DNA of 61,836 nucleotides, filler included. It is 4 parts of 4 records of this genome, joined end to end, with 100 filler letters (N's around TTAATTAATTAA, not from the genome) between each part and the next. Parts side by side here need not be neighbours in the genome. Positions count along the whole stretch, not along the records: positions 30,003 to 41,971 come from DRR378314_1429; positions 42,072 to 55,446 come from DRR378314_1430; 2 more parts are not named here. One strand, given 5' to 3'. A model generated the notes under the pieces. The model worked only from the letters and a program-made list of their open reading frames with translations, did not search any database and had not been told where the DNA came from. A program made the translations under genes and the position numbers. Of this stretch, positions 34,680 to 48,530 are shown in pieces; the first letter of the stretch is position 1, and the number at the start of each line of letters is the position of its first letter.

Positions 34680-36023
34680 TCAGTTTTCCCTAAGAAACGA
34701 AAAAAATGTTTTTGGGTAAGCTGGAGTCTGTCCAATTTCCATGACCGGGTAGGCCAAAAAGTTTATTGGGCCTGACTTAGGACCTGGCTCTATTTGCAGA
34801 TCCCTCCCCTTACTGAATTCAATTCTATTTGCCGGATGCCGCCCAAAATAATAGGTAGCGAGCGCGCTATATTTATTGGCTTCACTAATATCTACAGGCC
34901 ACCATTTTTCTTCAGCATAAAACTCTGCCCAACAGTGGTAACCATCAATACCCCCGTCGTCACGATCGGAAGGAATGGCGGCCCCAACGGCAAATCGCGC
35001 TGGTATTCCGGCAGACCTGGCCAAGGAAATGAACAAGGCGTGGAATTCCGTACAGTTGCCACTTAGGACATCACAGGCGTAAACGGCATCTCCCGTACCG
35101 TATTTCCCAGCCTTTATATACCGCATATTATCTATAACGTAATCATAAAGTGCCCTGGCCCGCATTATGGTACCTCCGCCCCCTTTATTACCAATAATGG
35201 AATCTGCAAGGATTTGAAAACGGTCGCCTACAGGCATCAATAAATTAGGCTTGAGATAAATGGTAGGCGAGGCCTCTTCTGAATATGGTTTTTTTTCCTG
35301 CCGTAATACATCGTAAACAAGTTTTAGTTTCTTTCCACTATGTACCGGGGAAAGTTCCATATATAGGATAGTATTGCCATAATATTTTTCACGGAGTAGC
35401 TGATGCGCCGTTGGAGCTTCTATTTCCAGTAATTTCACGCTTTGAAAGCGGTCGCTCTGCGGTACGGGAATCCAAATCTTTGCCGTCTCCTGCATTTCTG
35501 GTAGGTTAACCTCATAATGAAACTCAAACCTGTCCTCTCCTTCTTTGATTCCGAGTAAATCCGTAGAGGCGTTTTCTATGGGCATTCTATACCAGCTCTT
35601 ATCCTTACGCTGTTTCCAAGTGTAATAGGGTTTGCCATTAAGCTTGTGCAAGGTAGTTTCTGTAACGGTCATACTTCCGGGGTCGCCCTCCAAGAAAAAA
35701 TCCACATCATAAACATCACCACTAATATCGGCCAGATCAACACATGCAAAATGCCGTTGAGGGCCCAAATTGGATAGGTATTCGGTATGTACCCGCACCA
35801 ACTTTAGCCGTAGATCCCTGTCTTCGGTTGACATGTTAAAATATCCGCCCCCTTCTTCAACCTTTTTGGCTATATTGGCCTTAATGCCCGCCTCTATATC
35901 CGAAGTAACTACCTTCGGGATTTTTTTAACTGCGAGCATTTCCTCTTTTTTCTGCTTTGTGCCCGAATTGCAGGACATAAGTGCGCAAAAAAGCAATGCC
36001 AAAATAATCCGATAATCATTCAT
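34680..36023 (-). CDS. Lipoprotein with unknown N-terminal domain and transglutaminase-like domain
   Basis: Start MNDYRIILALLFCALMS-C; triad GNCTEFH / YHCWAEF / WWPVD. Confidence 0.85.
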   Translation of the reverse strand: MNDYRIILALLFCALMSCNSGTKQKKEEMLAVKKIPKVVTSDIEAGIKANIAKKVEEGGGYFNMSTEDRDLRLKLVRVHTEYLSNLGPQRHFACVDLADISGDVYDVDFFLEGDPGSMTVTETTLHKLNGKPYYTWKQRKDKSWYRMPIENASTDLLGIKEGEDRFEFHYEVNLPEMQETAKIWIPVPQSDRFQSVKLLEIEAPTAHQLLREKYYGNTILYMELSPVHSGKKLKLVYDVLRQEKKPYSEEASPTIYLKPNLLMPVGDRFQILADSIIGNKGGGGTIMRARALYDYVIDNMRYIKAGKYGTGDAVYACDVLSGNCTEFHALFISLARSAGIPARFAVGAAIPSDRDDGGIDGYHCWAEFYAEEKWWPVDISEANKYSALATYYFGRHPANRIEFSKGRDLQIEPGPKSGPINFLAYPVMEIGQTPAYPKTFFSFLREN

Positions 36024-36202
36024 AGTGGGATAACATAATGGTTTCCATGAATTTACAACAATTCCATGGTTCTTCCAATAAGGATACAACTCTTCAACAG
36101 CTATCACTCAACTGATGAAAATCTCATTCTGCACTTTGCGCTCTCACCTGTCCACAAATGCTATGTATTAAATAAGCCCTTTGAAGAAACCTTATTTTGG
36201 AA

Positions 36203-36463
36203 TTATTCCTTGAGCGATTTCATATCTATGACAAATCTATAATTCACATCGCTCTTAAGCATACGCTCATAGGCAACATTGATGTTCTGCATTTTAATGA
36301 TCTCGATATCCGCAGTAATTTTATGTTTTCCATAAAAATCCAACAGTTCCTGGGTTTCTGCAATCCCTCCAATTAAAGATCCTGCCACTGCCCTACGCCC
36401 CATAATCCTATGCACGGTTACCAGTATTGGATCCAAGGGCCTTAAATAACCAACAACTACCCA
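36203..36463 (-). pseudogene. C-terminal remnant of a Zn-dependent NAD(P) alcohol dehydrogenase (YahK/CAD-like)
   Basis: GRRAVAGSLIGGIAETQELLDF..YERMLKSDVNYRFVIDM; no room for the N-terminal part before the M13 stop. Confidence 0.8.
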
Positions 36464-36488
36464 GAATTTAGTTTCAATTCTGGGACCT

Positions 36489-38516
36489 TTACCATATCCT
36501 AATTCTTTCGTCTTCCGGTTTGTAATTACGATCGCCTGGCTTAACATTAAATGCCTCATAAAAAGGCGTAAAGTTCATTAACGGACCATTTACACGCCAA
36601 ATGGGCGGCGAATGCGGATCGGTCATCACATAATTGCGCAAGAATTCCTCCCGCATTTTAACTCGCCATATACGTGCAATGGATAAAAAGAAGCGCTGGT
36701 CTGGAGTAAAGCCTCCAATCTTGGTAGTGTCCCGGCCTTGTTCTGTTAGTTTAAATGCATCATAGGCAATGGCAATCCCCGCATTATCCGCGGTGTTTTC
36801 CCCAACCGTCAAAGCCCCCTTTAAATGTATACTATCCAAAACCTTAAAGTCCGAATATTGATCTATAATTTTTTGTGTCCTGGCCTTGAACTGTGTATAA
36901 TCGTCATCGGTCCACCAATTGGCAACATTTCCATTTTTGTCATATTGTGCCCCTTGGTCGTCAAAGGCATGGGTGAATTCATGACCTATTACCATTCCTA
37001 TACCCCCGTAATTCACGGCATCGTCCGCATACAGGTCAAAATATGGAGCTTGCAAGATTCCGGCGGGAAATACAATTTCGTTCAACGACGGGTTATAATA
37101 TGCGGTTACCGTAGAGGGAGTGGTATGCCACTCGTCCCTATTGGGCGCCCTATTAAGCTGTTTTAGCTCATATTGATATTCATCTTGTTGCAAGGCCACC
37201 ACATTCTCAAAGAATTTATCCCGATCTATAACTACATCATAGGTTCTCCACACATCCGGATAGCCTATTTTTTTGTTAATGGCATATAACTTGTCCTTCG
37301 CTTTTAGTTTGGTGCTATCGCTCATCCAATCCAAGTCGTCTATGCGTTTCTCCAATACTTTCTGAAAATTATTGACCAAATCCAGGGCCCGTTTTTTGGC
37401 ATCCTCCTTAAAGTATCGCTTTACATATAATTGTCCAAGGGCAAAGCCTATTTGGTCATCCACCCTACGTACCATTTGCTTTGCCCGTGATTGTTGCTGT
37501 GCCTGACCGGATAAAACTTTACTATACTCAAAAGCAGCATCCCTAAAAGGTGTGCTTAAAATATTGGCATGTGAATCTATGGAGTGAGCTTTCAAGTACA
37601 ATTTCCAATGGGCCAATGGCACATTAGTCAGTAACTTGTTCAAGGTATCATAATAATTTGGCTGTGAGACATCCAAGGAATCTATCTCTGCTCCCAAATT
37701 TGTCAAAAATGATCTCCAGCCCAAGTTAGGATGTTTTTTATCCAGATCGGAAACAGATATTTTGTGATAGTTTTCTTTAATTATCCTGCGTTCAATACGC
37801 GTCTTATGGGCTTGGGCCAATTGTTTTTCAATACCGTAAACAATAGCTGCCAGGGCGTTTGCATCCCTCTCCCCTACCAATTTAAACAGTGAGGTCAAAT
37901 AGGTTTTGTACGCCTCCTGAATACTTTTTACAGATGCATCTTCCTGAAAATAATAATCCCGATCGGGCATGCCCAATCCGGACTGGGCAACATGCAAAAT
38001 ATTAAGGGAGCTATTCTCCTGATCGGGAGACACATAAGGCATAACCATGGAATAATCGCCAGATTTGATCTGGATGGATACAAAATCCATAATGCCGGAA
38101 ATATCATTTATGTCTTCTATTTGGTCCAATAGGGGTTGTATAGGTGTAATTCCTCTTGCATCAATACTAAGGGTATCCATTCCCGATGCATAAAAATCGC
38201 CCACCTTTTGTTCAATACTCCCTTTGGGATTTTCTTGTTGCGACACTTCCTGCAAAATATTTTTAAGCAGTTCCTGCTGTGGAATATTTAAAAATCGATA
38301 GGACCCCACTCCAACTTGATCCTCTGCGATTACAGCTTTATTGAACCATGTTCGGTTAACGTGGTCGAAGAAATTATCACCTGGTTTAATGGAGTCTGTA
38401 ATACCCTCAAAAACCACTGTTCTATCTACAGTTTGAGAATCACTTTTTAAGGACGGTTCGTTTTTACAGGAAATACATAACCAAAATATCAAAGAGACAT
38501 AACATAGTGTTTTCAT
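36489..38516 (-). CDS. M13 (neprilysin/PepO) metallopeptidase lipoprotein
   Basis: Lipobox ISC, AYY..NEIVFPAGILQ, GHEFTH, GENTADNAG, DPHSP. Confidence 0.93.
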   Translation of the reverse strand: MKTLCYVSLIFWLCISCKNEPSLKSDSQTVDRTVVFEGITDSIKPGDNFFDHVNRTWFNKAVIAEDQVGVGSYRFLNIPQQELLKNILQEVSQQENPKGSIEQKVGDFYASGMDTLSIDARGITPIQPLLDQIEDINDISGIMDFVSIQIKSGDYSMVMPYVSPDQENSSLNILHVAQSGLGMPDRDYYFQEDASVKSIQEAYKTYLTSLFKLVGERDANALAAIVYGIEKQLAQAHKTRIERRIIKENYHKISVSDLDKKHPNLGWRSFLTNLGAEIDSLDVSQPNYYDTLNKLLTNVPLAHWKLYLKAHSIDSHANILSTPFRDAAFEYSKVLSGQAQQQSRAKQMVRRVDDQIGFALGQLYVKRYFKEDAKKRALDLVNNFQKVLEKRIDDLDWMSDSTKLKAKDKLYAINKKIGYPDVWRTYDVVIDRDKFFENVVALQQDEYQYELKQLNRAPNRDEWHTTPSTVTAYYNPSLNEIVFPAGILQAPYFDLYADDAVNYGGIGMVIGHEFTHAFDDQGAQYDKNGNVANWWTDDDYTQFKARTQKIIDQYSDFKVLDSIHLKGALTVGENTADNAGIAIAYDAFKLTEQGRDTTKIGGFTPDQRFFLSIARIWRVKMREEFLRNYVMTDPHSPPIWRVNGPLMNFTPFYEAFNVKPGDRNYKPEDERIRIW

Positions 38517-38790
38517 AGCAGAACTGTTTTATGCACTCTAAGATATGTTTTTCTTATGATTTTGTAGACAGAGGAAGGCTATAGAAGATGATAAAAGTTT
38601 ATCTGCCTAAAATAGCGTTTAGTTTAAACCGATCAAGCTCGTTTTATGAATTAATCAATGCCTGTTATTGAAGTGCATGGTATTCCTTCTTCTAGCACCT
38701 CAATAGAACTAACCCCTAGCTGCGAAAGAATACGGGAACATAGACAGGGAACAAAAACAATTGATGTTGTTACTCCACTTGCACTAACGC

Positions 38791-38828
38791 AAAAAAAAGG
38801 AGGGTAATTAAAAAATTAATTACCCTCC
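38791..38828 (-). terminator. Intrinsic terminator of 38858-39454
   Basis: GGAGGGTAATTAA-AAAA-TTAATTACCCTCC, 13-bp stem, T8 tail on minus strand. Confidence 0.85.
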
Positions 38829-38857
38829 CGTTCACTAATTAACCAATCTAACCATCT

Positions 38858-39454
38858 TTATTCCATATCTATAAAGCCTACTACTTCGTAGGCCCTACTG
38901 CCATTTATTTGTACTTTCTCATAAAGGATGCTGGAATATTCGTAAAATTCCATTCCATTTATGGCTACTTTTTCATAATCATCCGGAAGCTCATAAACTA
39001 TGGTTCCTATTTCGGGTTCTACCACTTCATATTCATTATTCATTTGAATATAAAAGACCCCTTGGGCATTGTAATAATTGTAACCATTAAAACTAACCCG
39101 CTTGTATTTTGGAGGTAAGCTGCTTATTCTGAATCCTATTTTAGGAGCAATTACAATATACCTTCCCCTGGATTGTGTGTAATACTTATTATTGGCATAA
39201 TAGTAATCCTGTCCGTTATGCTTAACAACTTTTCTATCGGGCACCGAACGCACTGAAACCACTTTTTTCATTGGAGTTTTATAAGTGACTTTAGTACTAG
39301 GCACTCTATTGTTCACCGTTTTCTTTGCTGTAGTCGTTTTGGTATCTCTTGTGGATCTAGAATTTGAGTTACCAACAGATTGCGCAGTTGCTTGTGTAAC
39401 AAAAGCTAGGGCAATTAAAATTGATAAGGTGTATATTCTATTAAATGTTTTCAT
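38858..39454 (-). CDS. Secreted Tyr-rich hypothetical protein (DUF6515-like)
   Basis: Signal peptide ATA-Q; three repeats of type LP..Y.....NG..YY..G.FY. Confidence 0.75.
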   Translation of the reverse strand: MKTFNRIYTLSILIALAFVTQATAQSVGNSNSRSTRDTKTTTAKKTVNNRVPSTKVTYKTPMKKVVSVRSVPDRKVVKHNGQDYYYANNKYYTQSRGRYIVIAPKIGFRISSLPPKYKRVSFNGYNYYNAQGVFYIQMNNEYEVVEPEIGTIVYELPDDYEKVAINGMEFYEYSSILYEKVQINGSRAYEVVGFIDME

Positions 39455-39887
39455 AAACTCTAAGATTTAAGGTTCTAATTGTTTTTAATACGTGGACGTT
39501 GCAACGTATTTACAGGATAAAGGTATTGGTACCTTGAAGAATTATGAAAGCAAATAGACCATGACTGGTTTTCTATCTATGAATATCTGAATTTAACAGA
39601 TTAAAAGGAAAGGGCTATAAGTAAATGTGGAGTTTTGCTAGTGCCATCGGCTTAGATGCATGGTTGGTAATATTTAATTAATGCCGCCTTAGCAAGTGAT
39701 TATTATTGGTGACACAATTGCATTTAATGACGCCTAGGTACTATACATTTGAGCTAAAGCCGAATACTACCTAATAAAATGCTTCAGGTCGACTTTTAGG
39801 CTACTTTCAACTTTTAAAAATACTTTCTTATTAAAAAAAGATGTTCTTTGAAACTTCAACAAAAACTGAAGTAAAAATCCTACTTAT

Positions 39888-41971
39888 ATGACCACCCCAA
39901 AACCATTGTTACTCGCTTGTCTAAGTTTATTGTGCATATCCATTTCCTATTCCCAATGGACCCAATCCGCAGGTCCGGAAGGAGGCTATACCAATGATAT
40001 TGTAAAAGTTGATAATACTTTGATTGTATCAGCTGGCGGAGGGGGAGTCTATATATCCACAAACAATGGCGATTCATGGGAACCCAGTAATGAAGGGTTA
40101 CCACTTCATCCACATGTGTATCGTATAGCCAGTTATGGTGATAACGTGTATATAAGCCTTTATCAAGGTGGCGTTTATAGGTCCGTTGATAAGGGTAGTA
40201 CCTGGTCACCAGCAAATAATGGTGCGGACCGATTAACTTTCTATTCTTTGTTTACCAATGGTCAGGAAATATATGCTGGAAGTGCTGACGGAAAGCTTTA
40301 TTATTCGGCAGATTACGGAGCTAATTGGTCTGAAAAAAATAATGGCCTCCCAGGAAATTCTATCTCTGGATTTGTAAGTTATAATTCAAAAATGTACGTA
40401 GGAACAGCAGATGGATTGTTTGAAAGCGTAGACAATGGGAATATTTGGAATGCGATAAATATTCCTGGTTTATCCGCCAATGGCATTCAATCAATGACTG
40501 AATATAATGGTGTGTTTTATGTTACCAATGATGGGCAGATGTTTGTATCCAATGATAATCTTGCCTCTTGGATTCTTACTCCTTTAGGTGGTGGAAGCAC
40601 TTTAACAAATTTAGTGGGTTACGAGGGGGTAGTATATACCACAAATTCCTTCGGAAGATACTATTATTCCAGTGATAATGGAGTCAACTGGACCATGGGC
40701 CAAAACACCCAAACAGATAGTTCTGCAAATAATATCCTATTATCAAATGATAAGTTATTCATGTTGACCAGCGAGGGCGTCTTTGAATCTGTGGATTACG
40801 GTTCAACCTGGGCATTCAACAGTAAGGGGATTAAAGCACATAGTATAAGTGCATTGGCCGCTAATGACACCTATTTATTTACCGGTACCTCGGAAAATGG
40901 AATATTCAGGTCTAGCGATAATGGTGCCACATGGACCCCAATTGGTATAAGCTCGACCGATTTAAATTCAAAGTCAATTAATGATATCATCGTAATAGAC
41001 AATACGATATTCGCTGCAACCTCTGCGGGAATTTATATGTCCAACGACATTGGTGATAATTGGGTTATAAAATTGGAACCTGATTTAAATTTGAGCACAG
41101 CAGCCTTGGATTACGACAACGGAGTATTGGCAACTACCATGAATGGGAAGGGTGTGTATCTTTCTAACGATTTGGGAGAAACATGGACACTTTCTCCTAT
41201 AGAGGGGATTGATCCATCCCAAATGGGTTATGAAAATATTCTAATTCGTGATCAAGTTATAATAGTAAGTACGGCCAATGCAGAACTATTTATTTCTACC
41301 GATTTGGGTCAAGCCTGGTCTAATATTTCCATACCCAATGACTATTATCTCACCCAAGATCTTGAGTTTATTGAAAATAGAATATACGCTGCTACAGCAA
41401 GAGGTTTAATGGCCAGTGATGACCTTGGTGATAATTGGTATCGTTTCTTAGCTCAGGATTACACATCTGTACAAGATATTATAGTGAAGGACAATATTAT
41501 ATATGGCGCAACTGCCTATGGGATATTTGCAAGTGAGGCTGGAAGGGAATGGTGGTATCCAGCTATGGATGGTATGAAAAATGATTATATGACCGAAATT
41601 ATTATAAAGGACGACAAATTGTTCCTAGGAACATATGGCTCAAGTGTTTGGTCGCGTCCCTTATCTGAAATTGTCGTACCTCCCTTAGATGATGACAATG
41701 ATGGAGTAATTAATGAGGATGACCTTTGCCAAGGTACGCCCTGGGGTTCTGAAGTAGACAGCAATGGCTGTGCCGCTTCCCAACTGGATGATGATAAAGA
41801 CGGAGTTGCCAATGATTTGGACGTTTGTGCCAATACTCCGGTTGAGGCCGAAGTGAACAGCAATGGTTGTTCCGCTTCCCAATTGGATGATGATAACGAC
41901 GGAGTTACCAATAATTTGGACCTTTGTGCCGATACTCCTTTGGATGCTGAAGTGGACAGCAATGGTTGTGC
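39888..41971 (+). CDS. Secreted BNR/Asp-box beta-propeller protein with thrombospondin type-3-like repeats (3'-truncated)
   Basis: Signal peptide, many S-x-D-x-G-x-x-W boxes, DDDNDGV..D.C..TP....V..NGC repeats running into the gap. Confidence 0.85.
41688..41971 (+). repeat. 99-bp (33-aa) coding tandem repeat, at least 3 units
   Basis: DDD codons recur at 41688, 41787, 41886. Confidence 0.9.
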
Positions 41972-42071
41972 NNNNNNNNNNNNNNNNNNNNNNNNNNNNN
42001 NNNNNNNNNNNNNNNTTAATTAATTAANNNNNNNNNNNNNNNNNNNNNNNNNNNNNNNNNNNNNNNNNNNN
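41972..42071. other. Artificial contig-join spacer
   Basis: N-run, TTAATTAATTAA, N-run. Confidence 0.97.
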
Positions 42072-42722
42072 ACCACCGGCAAAAACGTACTGCCGCGTTT
42101 GGCTGCCTTAAAAGATGTTAGCCAGCTGTCCGACGTGATTGGCGTTGAAAGTGCTGACACTTTCCTGCGTCCCATCTATGCGGGCAACGCCATCGCCACA
42201 GTAAAAAGCGACGACGCGCTGAAAGTGATGACCGTGCGTACCACCGCGTTTGATGCGGTCGAGAGCACGGGTAGCGCCTCTGTAGAAGCGGTCGAAGTAT
42301 TGGTTGAAAATGGTCAGTCTAGCTTTGTTAAGCAAGAGCTGGCGCAATCCGACCGCCCTGAACTTGGCGGTGCTAAAGTCGTGGTGTCTGGTGGTCGTGG
42401 TATGGGCAACGGCGAAAACTTTAAGCTGCTTGATGGCATCGCTGACAAGCTGGGTGCTGCCATTGGTGCATCACGAGCGGCCGTAGACGCAGGCTTTGTG
42501 CCCAATGATATGCAGGTTGGCCAAACCGGTAAGATTGTGGCCCCTGAGCTGTATATTGCCGTGGGTATTTCTGGCGCTATTCAGCACTTGGCGGGCATGA
42601 AAGACTCCAAAGTCATTGTTGCGATCAACAAAGACGAAGAAGCGCCAATCTTCCAAGTCGCCGATTACGGCTTGGTGGGTGATCTCTTCGAGGTTCTGCC
42701 GGAGCTTGAAAGCAAGCTATAA
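42072..42722 (+). CDS. etfA: Electron transfer flavoprotein alpha subunit (5'-truncated)
   Basis: [44 protein letters not shown]. Confidence 0.95.
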   Translation, partial: TTGKNVLPRLAALKDVSQLSDVIGVESADTFLRPIYAGNAIATVKSDDALKVMTVRTTAFDAVESTGSASVEAVEVLVENGQSSFVKQELAQSDRPELGGAKVVVSGGRGMGNGENFKLLDGIADKLGAAIGASRAAVDAGFVPNDMQVGQTGKIVAPELYIAVGISGAIQHLAGMKDSKVIVAINKDEEAPIFQVADYGLVGDLFEVLPELESKL

Positions 42723-42743
42723 GCCACTGAATCTAAACTGGCT

Positions 42744-42775
42744 AAAAGCCGACTTCACCAGAAGTCGGCTTTTTT
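42744..42775 (+). terminator. etfA terminator
   Basis: AAAAGCCGACTTC-ACCA-GAAGTCGGCTTTTTT. Confidence 0.85.
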
Positions 42776-42954
42776 ATTGGCGATGAATTCGATAAACTGC
42801 CAATAGTTGACTAAGGTACTGGGGTATAAAATGTATCGGTTATCAATAATCGCTACTCACGGTAATTAATTATAGCCGTGATGGTTGAAAAAGGTGGGGT
42901 AAGACCACACTTAGTTATGTGAACGTAACAAAAGCCACTTAAGGAGAAGTTAGC

Positions 42955-43566
42955 ATGGCACATACACTTCCAGAATTACCGTACGCTTATGACGCACTTG
43001 AGCCGCATATCGATGCGATGACGATGGAGATTCACCACTCTCGTCACCACAACACTTACGTCACTAGTTTGAATGCTGCGCTTGAAGGCACAGGCCTTGA
43101 AGACGTGCCGGTAGAAGAGCTGGTTGCCAATCTTGATCGTGTACCTGAAGAGAAGCGTCAAGCCGTTATTAATCACGGCGGCGGCCATGCCAACCACTCT
43201 ATGTTCTGGCAAATGATGTCACCTAATGGCGGCGGCCAGCCTCAGGGTGATGTAGCAAAAGCGATTGAAGCCGAGCTAGGCGGTCTTGACGCGTTCAAGG
43301 AAGCGTTCAAGGCAGCAGCGCTGGGTCGCTTTGGTAGCGGTTGGGCATGGCTCTCCGTGACACCTGAGAAAAAGCTGGTTGTTGAAAACACCCTGAACCA
43401 AGACAGCCCGCTAATGCATGGCAACACGCCGGTATTGGGCCTGGACGTTTGGGAGCACGCATACTACCTGAAGTTCCAGAACAAGCGTCCTGATTACGTA
43501 GCAGCCTTTTTTAACGTCGTTAATTGGGAAGATGTTGAGCGTCGTTATCAGGCGGCTATCGCCTAA
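42955..43566 (+). CDS. sodA: Superoxide dismutase, Mn-type
   Basis: [26 protein letters not shown] (Mn-type signature residues). Confidence 0.9.
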   Translation: MAHTLPELPYAYDALEPHIDAMTMEIHHSRHHNTYVTSLNAALEGTGLEDVPVEELVANLDRVPEEKRQAVINHGGGHANHSMFWQMMSPNGGGQPQGDVAKAIEAELGGLDAFKEAFKAAALGRFGSGWAWLSVTPEKKLVVENTLNQDSPLMHGNTPVLGLDVWEHAYYLKFQNKRPDYVAAFFNVVNWEDVERRYQAAIA

Positions 43567-43610
43567 ACTCACACGCTGTGAGAAAGGCGCCAAGCTAGTT
43601 GGCGCCTTGG

Positions 43611-43646
43611 AAAAAAACCGCTTCCATTGGGAAGCGGTTTTTTTTT
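43611..43646 (+). terminator. sodA terminator, preceded by a second hairpin at 43584-43608
   Basis: ACCGCTTCC-ATTG-GGAAGCGGT followed by a T-run. Confidence 0.88.
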
Positions 43647-43815
43647 GTTTTTGGGAGAAGGTTCAGCTGTTTCTGAAACAGCTCTTGTGATGACCCTAAT
43701 GAGGGCTATTGAGAGCGTTCCTGGGGTGGTTCGGGGAAAGGCGTTTTAGGCGGCTATTGAGAGGCCGCTGGGTATGATATTGGGTACGAGCTGTCAATAA
43801 CCTGTGGATGAAAAA

Positions 43816-43862
43816 ATACCATATATGCTTGAATTGATTTTCTCATGGTCTATATATAGTAT
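43816..43862 (+). promoter_or_regulatory. Tandem NrdR boxes
   Basis: ataCCATATATGCttg (43816-43831) and ggtCTATATATAGtat (43847-43862), 31 bp apart, upstream of nrdH. Confidence 0.7.
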
Positions 43863-43940
43863 GCGTTGTGTCTTCCAGAGAGGGCGAGCACAAGATATGC
43901 TCTACCCGAAAAACACCGCTATGAAAAGGAAAAAATAGCC

Positions 43941-44162
43941 ATGGATATCCAAATTTATAGCAAGCCTGCTTGTGTTCAATGCACTGCTACCTACCGTGCA
44001 CTGGATAAGCAGGGCCTAGAATATACCGTTATCGATATCACTGCTGAAAGCGGTGCCCAGGAAGAAGTGGAAGCGCTGGGTTATCGTCAGTTACCCGTCG
44101 TGGTTGCGGGTGAGGATCATTGGTCTGGTTTTCGTCCTGACCGCATTCAAGCACTAGCGTAA
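43941..44162 (+). CDS. nrdH: Glutaredoxin-like NrdH
   Basis: CVQC, WSGFRPD; RBS AAGGA before ATG 43941. Confidence 0.95.
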   Translation: MDIQIYSKPACVQCTATYRALDKQGLEYTVIDITAESGAQEEVEALGYRQLPVVVAGEDHWSGFRPDRIQALA

Positions 44163-44587
44163 AACGTCGCTATGCAAAACGCTGATGTGGAAGCTGGGCG
44201 TAATCGTTCGTTAGTTTATTTTTCCACTAAGTCAGGCAATACCCACCGTTTTATACAAAAGCTTGGCTTAAGCGCCCAGCGGCTGCCACTAAACCGTGAA
44301 GAACCAACGCCACGCGTAGAGCAGCCCTACATATTAGTGACACCTACCTATGGTGGCGGCTATGCCGAAGGGGCAGTGCCGGGGCAGGTGATTCGATTTT
44401 TAAATGATGAGCACAATCGGCACCTCCTTAGAGGTGTTATTGCCGCTGGTAATACGAATTTTGGTGAGGCATACGGATTGGCAGGGCGAATTATTGCTCA
44501 AAAGTGCCAAGTGCCGCTGCTTTATCGATTTGAACTGTTTGGCACTGACGACGATGTCGCCAAGGTCCGCAAAGGAGTAGAAGAGTT

Positions 44588-47816
<3,229 letters not shown>

Positions 47817-47874
47817 GCTTATCGTTGGCGGCTTTGCAACGTCATTGATAGCTTGATGAGGCAAGGAGGGAGCA

Positions 47875-48285
47875 GTGCCGGGCAATACTGATAAGGCGCA
47901 GAATTTGCTGAAAATAGCAGCGGCAGTCGTGAGCGACTCTTCAGGGCGCTTGCTATTAGTGCGCAAGCAGGGCACGCGCTTTTTTATGCAGCCAGGCGGT
48001 AAAATCGAGCTGGGAGAGGAAGCCATAGCGGCACTCTGCCGTGAGTTAGAGGAAGAAATTGGCTTACATATAACAGGTGATCAGCTACTTCCTTTGGGCA
48101 TGCAGCGTGCTTTAGCAGCCAATGAGCCAGACACTGTGATTGAAGCGCAGTTGTTCAGTCTGATGATTGATCAGCCTGTCCATGCTGGGGCGGAGATTGC
48201 TGAAGCGGTTTGGGTAACCCGCGAAGAGGCATTAAAGCTGCCGTTGGCACCGCTGACCAAACAGCATGTTGTGGTTGCTGCTTAG
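47875..48285 (+). CDS. Nudix hydrolase (MutT-like)
   Basis: Nudix box GGKIELGEEAIAALCRELEEEIG. Confidence 0.88.
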   Translation: MPGNTDKAQNLLKIAAAVVSDSSGRLLLVRKQGTRFFMQPGGKIELGEEAIAALCRELEEEIGLHITGDQLLPLGMQRALAANEPDTVIEAQLFSLMIDQPVHAGAEIAEAVWVTREEALKLPLAPLTKQHVVVAA

Positions 48286-48327
48286 AAGCGCTTTCCCTGT
48301 ATTTTTACTGACCCTGTGTTTTTACTG

Positions 48328-48352
48328 AAGGGCGCCACTTGGCGCCCTTTTT
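48328..48352 (+). terminator. Terminator after the nrd/Nudix genes
   Basis: AAGGGCGCC-ACTT-GGCGCCCTTTTT. Confidence 0.8.
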
Positions 48353-48391
48353 AATGGTGGAGTGACGGTCTGCAACGAAACGCCATTGAAT

Positions 48392-48410
48392 GCTAATGAT
48401 AAATATTGTC
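48392..48410 (+). promoter_or_regulatory. Fur box upstream of the TonB operon
   Basis: GCTAATGATAAATATTGTC, 15/19 match to GATAATGATAATCATTATC. Confidence 0.75.
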
Positions 48411-48530
48411 ATTTATTCTATTAGTGTTAGGCTATGCACTGCTTAAACGAAACGCAAATCGTTCATTATACCTAATGAGTTTCTAGCGCGCCGTTAATGG
48501 CGACGTGCTAATCAGTAACGGAGACGTAAC

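Noticed and set aside
42839-42857. Fur box upstream of sodA
   Set aside because: Only 11/19 match by eye; too weak to call.
43670-43775. Degenerate ~12-bp periodicity (GGCTATTGAGAG twice, 48 bp apart) upstream of nrdH
   Set aside because: Too degenerate to define a unit; could be chance or a decayed repeat.
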